DNA of 64,000 nucleotides. Origin: the human T2T-CHM13v2.0 reference genome, Homo sapiens. The position numbers and the translations under genes were made by a program. The DNA is taken from assembly GCF_009914755.1 (NCBI RefSeq), contig NC_060931.1, one strand, 5' to 3'. Position 1 is the first letter of the stretch; each line of letters starts with the position of its first letter. Below are positions 53,411 through 64,000 of this stretch, one piece after another. The notes beneath the pieces are model-generated. The model worked only from the letters and a program-made list of their open reading frames with translations. It searched no databases and was not told where the DNA came from.

Positions 53411-55848
53411 ACCACAGGATGCCTTTCTGAAAGGTCACCTCTCCTAATCATGGCAGCAGCAGAGGGGAGTTCCTAGAAGTGGGAGGAAATTTTCCTAGCA
53501 CCATGCCAGCACCATGTCTGCCAGCACCATGTCTGCCCCCGAGGTCTTTCCTCAGACCGAGGACAATCCTAGGAATGAGAGGCAGTTCTTGCTGAGATCC
53601 CTGCAGGCTAGGGCCCAGAACACACTTTTCCCCATAGCCCCTCATCTAATCCTTACCCAACCTAAGGGGGTGCTCTTAGGATCACCCAGTTTATACATGC
53701 AGAAACTGAAAGCTCAGCCATGATGCCTGCACACCAGAGCCAGGATTCAAGCCCAGTTCTGTCTGTCTGTCTGTCTGTCTGTCCATGGGGTTACGCAAAC
53801 TCTGGGAGCACCTCTCTGGTTCCTTCACCCTGGTGCACAGAGCCCACCTGGTTACTGAGCACATGAACCAACTGCACTCACCCATCCACCCACCCTGCTT
53901 TGCAGCTGGGCACAGCTAGGATGGAAACTCAGCCTGCGCCTTGCTTACTGTGTGGCCCTAGGCAGATTCCTTAACCTTTCTGAGCCTCAGCTTTCACATC
54001 TGTAAAATAGGGATAGTTGTAATCACTCAGCAGGCACTGTGCTAGGCATTGGGGATACAGCATCAAACATAGACAGTCTCTGCCCTTGTGTACTTATTAG
54101 ACAAACTAGACAAACTCTTCCAAATAATTAAATGCCAAACAAGAGCATAAAATACAGCACCTCACAGCCTTGTTTTATGGATCGCATGGCTTAGGAAAGG
54201 TGTATGTCTATCTCAGCAGAGGGACCTCAGTGCGGGTGAGGTGACTTCTCCTCTGCAAACCTGCCCCTGGAAATAGAGTGGAGCTGAGAAGCAAGCAAAG
54301 GAAGGAGCAGGACCCAGAAGAAGCGAATAGTAGGGCCAGGAGGAACTGCTGGGGACAGCTGAGCTGAAAATGGCTAAAATCCTGCCTCCAACTTGGCACT
54401 TTGTTTCTGACTAAGCCTGGGCTTTTTCTAGCTTCCTGCCTCTTTTGCTTCTTTGGTGTGACTGGGGAAATTGAGGCGAGGAAAGTAGTCGGGACTTGCT
54501 GACAACATAGCTGCAGCCCTCGGTACCTGGCCCTCCTGCCAACATTTGCACAGCCATGGTGGCACCACACTGCTGATGCTCGTCCACCTCTCCTGCCCAA
54601 AGCCTTGAGATGAAAGCCTTTCTTGTGCAAGAGGGGCTGAGATGGAGAGGAGAAGCAGGGCTGAGAGGTCTGCAATCCTTGGAGGAGATCCTGGGCAACA
54701 TCTTCCTGCAACCACTTAACCCATGGAGGGCATGTGAGCTCACCCAAGGCCACACAGCTGATGAGAGATGTGGCTGGGTCTAGAATCCAGGTGTCCCAAC
54801 TGCAGGCCAAGACTCTGCTGCACATGGTAACCACCAAGCTTCAAACCCGCGGGCTGCTCCCTCCCTCTCTGAGCCTCAGTCTTCCCATCCATGAATTGGG
54901 CAGCTGACTCCCTGGTCCTCAAGTTTCTGTCTGCATGGGGACCCCTCCCCCTTTTTGCCAGCTGTTGGGAAGTTGAGGCAGTGGGCAGGCTCCACTCTGG
55001 GTGCCCTCCCTCCCCACGACTTTGGGGTTCCCAGCACACCTTTCTACTGTCATTCCCCCACGGCAAGGCAGGAGCGAGGGGCTTATCTGGCTGTCTGAAA
55101 GCCGAATGGCTGGCCTCTCTGACTGGGTTTTCAGAAGCTTTCTGCCTTTGCTGCCGCGGTAGAAAAGATGACTTCCTTTGCAGTACTGAAGGAAAAGCAA
55201 GCAGTTATGCCTTTTGCGGTCTAAAATGGGCATAGGACCTCAGGGGAGAGGCGGAGCAGGTATTTTGCTGGCTAGCAGAATGGACAGCTGACACTGTTCT
55301 TGGGATCTGGAAGTTATCATTACAAAGAAAAAAACACATTGCTTTCTTCTCAATGCGTCGGGTAGTCAGTTTGCAGTCTAACAGCGGGAAATGGATGGCT
55401 TGCTTAATTACAGGATGTGTGCTCGCTCTGTCTACAGCCACGTGGCCCGTCGGTCACAGCCATGCTGAACTCTTCAGCAGATGGTCAGCATCTGCCACCC
55501 TAGGTATTTTGAGGGGGTGTCCTCTCCACCCAGGCACGCTCCCGTCCTGCCTTCCTGATGCTGCTCACATCTTGCCTGCCCACTCAAGCTCAGGCCTACT
55601 GCTGCCACCTCCATGAGAAAGTCTTCCATCGAGGAGTTCAGTGCACACTATGTCCCCCACTGCAAGACCCCAATTGCAGTGGTTAAAAAAAATCGATATA
55701 TATTTATTTAAAAAAAATCATCCACCTTCCCAAGAACATGCTCCACCCTTCTCCAAAAACACAGAAAGTCATCTCCGCCTCTTTCCCAGTGAAGGAACAC
55801 CAGGAGCCCTGGCAGGGGAGGCTCTGCTAACTCTGACCCCATGCACTT

Positions 55849-55862
55849 CTTTTTTTTCTTTT

Positions 55863-55933
<71 letters not shown>

Positions 55934-56275
55934 CTCTCTCTCTTTCCTTCCTTCCTTCCTTCCTCTTTCCTTCTTTCCTTTTCTTTCTTTTGAGACAGAT
56001 AGAGAGTCTTGCTCTGTCATCCAGGCTGGAGTGCGGTGGCACAATCTCAGCTCACGGCTCACTGCAACCTCCGCCTCCAGGGTTCGAGTGATTCTCCTGC
56101 CTCAGCCTCCTGAGTAGGTGGGACTATAGGCATGTGCCACACCTGGCTATTTTTTTTTATTTATTTTATTTTATTTTTATTTTGAGTAGAGACGGGGTTT
56201 CGCCATGTTGCCCAGGCTGATCTTGAACTCCTGTCCTCAGGTGATCCACTCACCTCGGCCTCCCACAGTGCTGGG
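55849..56275 (-). mobile_element. AluS-like with expanded (TTTC)n/(TTCC)n tail (55849-55990)
   Basis: Antisense Alu preceded by a long tetranucleotide repeat. Confidence 0.9.
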
Positions 56276-58771
56276 TGGCCCATGTACTTCTCCAGCTCTT
56301 GTCACTGTAGCTCATCTCACCAGCTGCCCTGCCTTCCTAAAGCTGTGCACGCCACTCCTGCCCACGTCCCGCCACCTTTGATCACAGAAGTGCCTATGCC
56401 AGGACATCAGTTCCTCCCCACTGCCGCCTTTTCCAGCCCCCAGCTCCTTGGCTGTCACCGCTCTGCCTGTGGAAGCCCGTCCCCAGCCCACACGGGCCTC
56501 TACAGGAGCCCTCAAGGACGCTCCGAGTGGCTGTGCTCCTCCGGTCTCTCCTGGTGCTTCTCCTGGCTGTGCCTCCTGCCAGAGGCAACCAGCCACACCC
56601 AGGCCACGTTCCCACCCTCTGCACAGGTGTCGAGCTCCTCAGGCCTAAAAGGAGGACCAGAAGTGATCTCCTGTAGACCAGCGTCTCACTGGGTGCTGGG
56701 CTGTGGGAGCCCTGCTTCACCATCCCAGCAGGAGCCCACTCAGCCTCTGCTTGCACACCCCATAGTAGTGGGGAACTCACTCCCTTTACATGCTCTGCTG
56801 GCTCCCCAGGCAGCCCTGCCACGTGGGGCAACTCTGTTGTCCTTCCTTGTGCTCAGCCCTCATCACCCTGCCTTGAGAGACCTCCCGACCCCTCAGATAT
56901 CCCAACTTTGGTTTCTGTTGGGAGGTGGTTCCCATCTGCTGGGAGAGCAAGCTGGGCAGGAGGTCATGGCCTTCCCGGCTGCACTAGGCAGGGGTTCTGG
57001 GCGCATCTTCACCACCCCTGTCCTTCGCTCAGACCCTCCAACAGTGCATGTGGTCTGGGCCATAGGGAGCCTGGGGCCTCCCTGACTGCCCCTGTTGACT
57101 GTGCCCACTGAGCCGGGGTGCAGGACCCACCTAGCACCATCCAGGGGCCCAGTGGCCTCGCAGCCTGGCCAGATCTGGGAGAATCTGTTTGGCTTTGAAC
57201 ACCTCTGTCTTCTGGAGGTCTTTAGAACACTCAGCTTCAGTGAACATGCATGTTGGATTCTTGGACTCTGGAAATATTCATGCAGTATTTGACCCTCCCA
57301 GTCTGGATTCCAAATTCAGTCATTCCCAGAGCATACACTCTTCTCCGGTTTTTGGCAAGTGGGCTGGGGAGCAGGTGCCAGGCTCCATCTCGCACATGCT
57401 GTGTGCATCCCCAGGGAAGTCAGTGGCTGCTGTGACGAGGGCAGTCATGAAGCAGGATCCCACACCGCCTGCACGATGCTGCCCACCACAGGACAGTTCA
57501 CCTGCCAGCCTATCCATGCCCGCCACCCGCTGGCCCATCCATGCCCATCAGAGGACGGCTCGCCCGCCGGCCCATCCAGTCCACTCCACTGGCTGGCTCT
57601 GCCACCTCTCATGTCCCTGATTCCGCTCCTGTTATGCCCCATGAAGCCTGTGCCCCAGCTGGTCTCCTCACCCTCATACCCCAGGCACTTGCCCTCCTTC
57701 CTTGTGGTCATGCTTTTCTGGAAACCTCCAATGCTCACCTTGCCTTCCTTCTTCAGGGTCAAGCTCTGTGCCCTCCCCTTGCCTCCAGATGGGCTCCCCA
57801 CACCCCACTGACCTTCTCAGGGATCCCTCAGGGATCCGCTGACCTCTTGGGGGCTCCCCAGTCCCCCTGACCTCCTCGGGGCTTCCTCTAGCCCACCTTC
57901 CAGCCCCGCTCTGATGGAGCCAGTGTGATCACAAGATTCCCCCCCCAGGGTGGGGGCTCCTCCTCTGAGCTCACTGAATGTGTGCCGGATTTAGGGGAAA
58001 AGCCTCACACCGACAGCTAACACTGCATAGCGCTTACCTTGGGCCAGGCCTGGTGCTGCATGCTTCATATGAACTCATTTCATCTCCCCCATTACCCTTG
58101 TTTTGCATGTGACTAAATAGAGGCTAAGAGAGGTTAGGTAACTTGCCCAGGATCAGAGCTGAGCATCAGGGTCAGGGTTGAAACCCAGGCAGGGATGTCT
58201 TTGACATTGCGTCTCCACTGTCCCCTGTGCTCTAGCGATGGGAAGGACAGGTGGCGGGGTCTCCAGGGGCCCTTTCTGGAGCAGGAGCACTGAGGTCAGT
58301 GAGCATTTGCTGGACAATGGCTGAGAGAGACGCTCACTGGTGCAGCATTTTGTGTAAACACCCCCAGTGACACAAGCAGGGCCTGCTCCTCCCTCTCCTA
58401 GCTCCCTCTGCTGCCTCAACTCCTGGGCCTATCAAGACCTTAACGCTCACGGCCCTCTGGCCCAGGGGGATGCCGGCAGAATGCAAGCTCTCCTGCTGCA
58501 GCTTCCCTGAGAGCAGAACCTGAGACCAGAGCTTGGGGAGAGATGATGGTTTGGGGGTTGCCCCCAGGAGGCAAGGAAGCAGGAATGAGGGAGCAGGGAG
58601 AGCGAGACAGGCAGGGAGGAAGAGCTAGCACCAGCAGCCAGGTTTGTGTATCCTGTTCTTGTTTCATGCATTAAACATCTTCTATCTCCCAGAGCATACT
58701 GATGATCCTTTACAGAAAGTTTTCTCCTCCCTGCACAATCTGTTTCTTCCAGGTTGCCTTTGTCTTGTTTC

Positions 58772-59060
58772 AGGCCAGGAGTTTGAGGCCAGCCTGGGCA
58801 ACATTGTGAGACCCCCAACTCTACCAAAAAAAAAAAAAAGGAAAAAGAAAGAAAAAGAAAATTATCTGGGTGTGGTGGTGCGTGTCTGTGGTCTCAGCTA
58901 CTCAGGAGGCTGAGGCAGGAGGATTGTTTGAGCCCAGGAGTTCAAGGTTACAGTAAGCTATGATGGTGCCACTGCACTTCAGCCTGGGTGACAGAGCGAG
59001 ACACTGTCTCTCTTAAAAAAACAAAAACAAAACCAAAAACAAGCAAACAAACAAAACCCA
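58772..59060 (+). mobile_element. AluJ-like, 5'-truncated
   Basis: Starts at AGGCCAGGAGTTTGAGG; long A linker, full right arm, (CAAA)n tail. Confidence 0.88.
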
Positions 59061-59252
59061 AAGAATTTGATCAGCCCAGGAGAAATGATCTGAGAAATCG
59101 ACATCAGGGCTCTAGGGCCAGACTGGACCCCCAGTGAGTACTGAGCTTCTAATCTCCGTAGTGCCCCACTGCAAATATGAGCAGGCAGCTGAGGATCGCC
59201 ATACACGTGATGAAAGTCCAATAGCAGAGAAAACGAGTTTGAGAACAGCCTG

Positions 59253-59340
59253 GGCCACGTGCAGTGGTTCATGCCTGTAATCCCAGTGCTTCAGCCTCCC
59301 AAAGTGCTGGGATTACAGGCATGAACCACTGCACCTGGCC
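59253..59340. repeat. Inverted pair of Alu 5' fragments (34-bp arms, 20-nt spacer)
   Basis: 59253-59286 is the reverse complement of 59307-59340 with 1 mismatch. Confidence 0.92.
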
Positions 59341-60292
59341 TAGTGCTGGTTATATTATCTAGAAAAGACTTTTCTGGTCTCCTGTGTAAGGATAGGACAC
59401 CTAGAGTCCACCAGAGAGTAGAGTGAGAGGGAAGAAGGCTGGGGCACCGGATGATGTTGATATCCAGCATATAAATCTTCAGCTAATCCTCTTATGTCAA
59501 GAACAGTGCTTCCAGCGTCAACTGTGTCTGGTGGCCCTTGGCGAAGACACCCTTTGTTTTGCCTTCCCTAAGGAACAGGATTTTGGTCCTGGGTGTGGTG
59601 GGGCAAGGAGCACCAGCTGCTATGGGCTGACAGGCAGGGCATGAGAACTTCTTCCTACAAAGCATTCAACAGTCCACCTGCTGGGAGCCCACCTTCAGCC
59701 CACCCTCACCCTTTCCAGAAGTAGCCAGTCCATTCTCGCAACCTTCCTAGAGGAAGTCAAGTTGCTTACCAACTTCCACCATGGCAAGCTTACGATGCAG
59801 CTTGCCCTGGCCTGGTAAGTTAAGGTACCTGCTCATCAACCTGCTCCCCAGCTTCCAACATTGTGTTGCTGTTGTCTCCTCTCCCACTTGTCATTACCAG
59901 TTTATTGCTTTTAAATACTCTACTTATTGTCCATTTAGTGGGGTTTTAGGAAGGACGAGGCTCAAATGTGCTCAATCTGCTGTCCTTATCTGAAAAAGCT
60001 ATCTGTATTTCAGTTATTTTTGTGTAGTGACAACTCACCTCAAAATAGAGGCTTAGTACATTTATGATTTCTCAGGATGCTGTGGGTTGGCTGGGCCATG
60101 CTGCGGTCAGGACAGCACAGCGGTCAGGGCTGGTTGGGCTACTCTCTGCACTCAGCTGGCATCTTGGCTGGGGCTGGGGGTCTGCAATGCCCTCATTCAC
60201 ATGTCTGGCAGTGACTTGATGTTGGCTGGGGCAATGGCATGGCACAGCCCTCAGTGTCCAGCAGGCCAGTCTGGGCTTTCCCACATGCTGGG

Positions 60293-60663
60293 TGATATGG
60301 TTTGGCTGTGTCCCCACCCAAATCTCGTCTTGAATTGTGGTTTTCATAATCCCCACAGGTCGTGGGAGGGACTGGTGGGAGGTATTTGAATCATGGGAGC
60401 AGCTACCCTCATGCTGTTCTTGTGATACTGAGTTCTCACAAGATCTGATGGTTTTATAAGGGGCTTTTCCCCCTTTTGCTCAGCACTTCGCCTTGCTGCC
60501 ATCATGTGAAGAAGGACGTGTTTACTTCCCCTCCTGCCATGATTGTAAGTTTCCTGAGGCCTCCCTAGCCATACTGAACTGTGAGTCAATTAAACTTCTT
60601 TTCTTTATAAATTACCCATTCTCAGGTATGTCTTTATTAGCAGCGTGAGAATGGACTAATACG
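60293..60663 (+). mobile_element. THE1 solo LTR (THE1C/D-like) nested in an older MLT1 remnant
   Basis: TGATATGGTTTGGCTGTGTCCCCACCCAAATCTC start and GGACTAATAC end; flanks CTGGG / CTGAG. Confidence 0.9.
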
Positions 60664-60727
60664 CTGAGGGCCACAGGGTTCCTAAGAGCCGCAAGGAAGG
60701 GAACAAGTCCCACTGTGAAAGCGCTTA

Positions 60728-61410
60728 TTTTTTAATAGACTTTGTTTTTTAGAGCAGTTTTAGGTTCACAGCAACACTGAGTGGAAAGTTCAGAGATTCC
60801 TCATATGTTCCCTGTCCCCACCCCCAACTATTCACATCCCCCACCAGAGTGGTACATTTGTTATAATCAATTAACCTATGTTGACACATCATTATGACCC
60901 AAACTCCATTGTCTACACTAGGGTCCACTCTTGGTGTTGTTCATTCTATGGGTTTGGACAAATGTATAATGTCACATATCCACCATTGTGGTGTCATATA
61001 GGATAGTTTCACTAACCTAAAAATAAAAATCCTCTGTGCTCCACCTGATCATTCCTCCTTCCCCCAAACCCCTGGTAACTACTAATCTTTTACTGTCTCC
61101 ATAGTTCTACCTTTTCCAGAATGTCATATAGTTGGAATCATAGAGTAAGCAGCCTTTTCAGATCAACTTCTTTCAATTAAGAAAGTTTGTTTCCTCTGTG
61201 TCTTTTCATGGCTTGATAGCTCATCGTTTTTTTAAGTCCTGAAAAATAACCCATTGTCTGGATGCACTATAGTTATGCATTTATCTGGGCAGTCCCAGAT
61301 ATCCTGGTTGCTTCCAGGTTGTATCAATTCATAAATACAGATGCTATAGACATTTGTGCATGAATTTTTGTGTGGACATGAGTTTTCAACTTCTTTGGGT
61401 AAATACCAAG
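60728..61410 (-). mobile_element. L1MA/L1MB-type 3' end, antisense
   Basis: TTTTAGAGCAGTTTTAGGTTCACAGC...CCAGAATGTCATATAGTTGGAATCAT. Confidence 0.8.
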
Positions 61411-62154
61411 AAGGAAGAGAGGGGACAAGCTCCAGTGTGTAAGCACTTTTCAAACCTCTGCTTGCATCACTTTTGCTAATGGCCAAAACAAGTCATGTGG
61501 TCAAGTCCAGATTAGGAACAGGGAGATGGTGGAGAGAAATAGCTCTACCTCCTAATGGAAGAAGAGGCAAAGTCATATTGCAAAGACTTGTGCCCACTGG
61601 AAAGGGAAGAATCTGTGGTCGTTTTTGCAATCGATCCCATTCTGGTACATGCTTGCTTTTTGAAGTCTTGATGTTCTGCTTAAAGCATCAAGTTGTTACA
61701 TCATGGCCCATTTGCGATATAAAGAATAAAACAAAGCTATTGGACTAGATGGCTTCAGAAACTGCTTAGTTCAAAAGGTGAAGTTTGCAGCAGCAGAAGT
61801 CTATAATAAGTTTCACATATTCAATTTATTTATTCAACATGTACCATGTGCTAGGCACTAGACACAACCACAAACAAGGGAGAGCAGTTTCCTGCCTCAG
61901 AATTTCTATGTCACTGAGAGACAGAAAATAGAATAACATGTGAGATGAAGGAAATAAATGGGTGATGTGATAGTGAATGGAGAAAGAGAGGGGGAAACAT
62001 CTACTCTATGTGGTAAGAGTAGGGATAGGTACCTTTTGAGCTGAGATGTGGAATATGAGGAGGGAGCCAGGAATGGAGGCTGCTAAAAAGGACCTCCCTT
62101 CTCTTCTGCTTTCTCTTTCCCTTCTTGTTTCCTGTCATCATCTCTCTATTTCTA

Positions 62155-64000
62155 GATCAGTGCTTCTCAGACTTTAATGTATGTATGAATCACCTGGAGA
62201 GCTTGTTAAAATGCAGATCAGATTCAGCAGGTCTGGGCTGGGACCCGAGATGCTGCATTTCTAATAAGTTCCCTGGTGATGCTGCTGCTGCTGCTCCTTG
62301 GACCACCCTTTACACAGCAAGAACCTGGAGGTGGGGTAGGTGCTGAGGCGAGATAATAGAACCAGAATCAGGGCAGTGGCGGGGCGATGAGGGCCACTAG
62401 GTGGATTTGAGAGCTGTTTAGGAGGTAATGTCAAGGCCTGGGGAAGCTGGTGGTGCAGACCAACGGTGACAGAGGAAGAGGCTAGGGTGGCAGTCATGTG
62501 TCTGGCATGGATAAGGGTTGCACAGGAGTGTCCTTGCTGGGCTGGGGAGAGGGGAGGAGAAGCAAGGCTGGGGGACCAGGAGATGGGCAGTGTGCCTTTG
62601 GACCTGCTCAGTTTGAGGGTCCTCGGGCTAGGCCAGTAGAGGCAGCTGGATACTGTAGTGGTGGGGAGAGGACAGCAAGTAGGTCTGAAATACAGAGCTG
62701 CTCTATAGATGAACTTCTAGAAGGAGTGAGTGATTCTTGGATGCTCCCAATGACATATCAATAGAGGCAGCACAGATGGCTCCGTCATGGTTCAGAAGAC
62801 CTTTTCGAATCATTCAGGAGCCTAGGCCCTGAAGGATCTAGGACATCAGGGATCATCGGTCTACACTCAGACACCTTATCATACAGTCCTGCTTTACTAA
62901 CAGTGTGAAGCCTGGGCTGGGGGTAGGTGGAAAGGAAGTACTTTGTGCTCTGTTCCCTTGGTACCCAGAATGGGTCTTGGATCAGCAACATCAGCATCCC
63001 TAGGGACATTTCAGAAATGCAAATTATTTGCCCCCCTCAGATCTGCAGATTCAGAATCTGCATTTTGACAGACTCCCAAGTAATTCGTGAGCTCAGTACA
63101 GTTTGAGAAGCACCAGCCCAGGCCAGCAGTTCTCAATCTTCCATACATTTGAATCACCAGGGGAGCTTTACAAGGTGCTGATGCCTGGGTGGCATCTCCA
63201 AGAATTTCTGATCTAATTGGTCTGGGGTAAGGCCAAGGATTCAGGACTTTTACAGCTGCCTAGGTAAGTCTAATGCATATCCAGGGTGAAAACCCCTGCC
63301 CTGGCACCACCCAACCTTTGACTGACTACAGCTGGCGATATTGAAGGTGAATGACATTGTAGAAGTAACTTTGCATCTTTGGGCCTCAAGTTGGAAACCT
63401 GCAACCCCTCTAACTACCCCCATCCCCATTCCCATGTGCCTGGTGGGAGCCTGGAGGAGGGCAGGCAATGTGGGAGGGTTCTGGGCAGTCCTAGAAAACT
63501 CAGCCGTAAAGAGCCAGCTGGTTCTTCACACAAGCAGCTGCAAGCCCCCCCACCAGGCCCCTACTGCCTGCCAGGCCAAGACAGGGAACTGCCAAGGTGA
63601 AGAATCTGAGAGGGCATCCTTAGTCCTTGCCCTGGGAAGTTCTAGCTGGCAGGGAAGACCTTCAAAGACCAAAGGGAAGAAAGCCCACCACGCCAGGGTA
63701 AGAGAAGGAGTGGGGATATTTTCTGGGTAGAGTGCCCAGGTAGGTCTTCCTCCCTCTCTCACCTGGAGAGAAAAGCTGGAGAAATTAGGTGCCAACTCTA
63801 GGATGTGCCCAGGAACCTCATTATTTCAGGGAAAATTCAGATTTTAAGATGCATTCCTTTCTATTATTCCTTGCTACTCAAAGCGTGGTCCCTGGACCAG
63901 CAATGTCAGCGTCACTTGGGAGCTTGTTGGGAATACAGAATCTCAGCCCTACTGGCTCAGATGTACCGGATCAGAATTCAAAGTTTAGCAAGATCTCCAG
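62155..64000. mobile_element. Cluster of MER5-type hAT MITEs (about 62155-62310, 62975-63115, 63125-63300, 63875-64000)
   Basis: Repeated GAATCACCTGG..AGCTTGTTAAAATGCAGA and CAGCATCAGCATCACCTGG-like motifs in both orientations. Confidence 0.7.

Noticed and set aside
53496-53538. Short CCAGCACCATG(TCTG) triplication
   Set aside because: Small slippage repeat with no further context.
55641-57085. Long ORFs (158 and 267 aa) and K/E/R-rich antisense ORFs
   Set aside because: Derived from the (TTTC)n Alu tail or compositionally biased DNA; no domain and no exon structure.

Overview
Human-type (primate) genomic DNA covering the 5' half of CRHR2 (corticotropin-releasing hormone receptor 2, class B GPCR) on the minus strand, followed by about 40 kb of repeat-rich upstream sequence. 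From general knowledge this is 7p14, with INMT expected beyond the right edge. Five coding exons can be read with correct GT/AG boundaries and matching phases: beta-1a (23607-23696), beta-1b (12775-12868), gamma (9973-10033), alpha-1 (5762-5864) and the first common exon (5499-5624). The rest of the gene lies left of the window. Almost all other ORFs in the track are noise from GC-rich or repeat DNA. I see no new multi-gene system. The most unusual observations are these. (1) A 1.47 kb HERV-K(HML-2) element has U3 att ends at both termini, in inverted orientation, fused into gag at an 8-bp microhomology. (2) The gamma exon appears to get its splice acceptor from an antisense Alu monomer, which would turn the beta N-terminus into a 64-aa signal-peptide-bearing uORF. 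(3) A near-perfect 81-bp x3 minisatellite lies just behind the beta-1a donor. (4) There is a compact Alu-head palindrome, and a MEF2/TATA plus E-box module sits upstream of beta-1a. Repeat subfamily names are from recognition by eye and need RepeatMasker/Dfam confirmation; repeat edges without a stated TSD are approximate.
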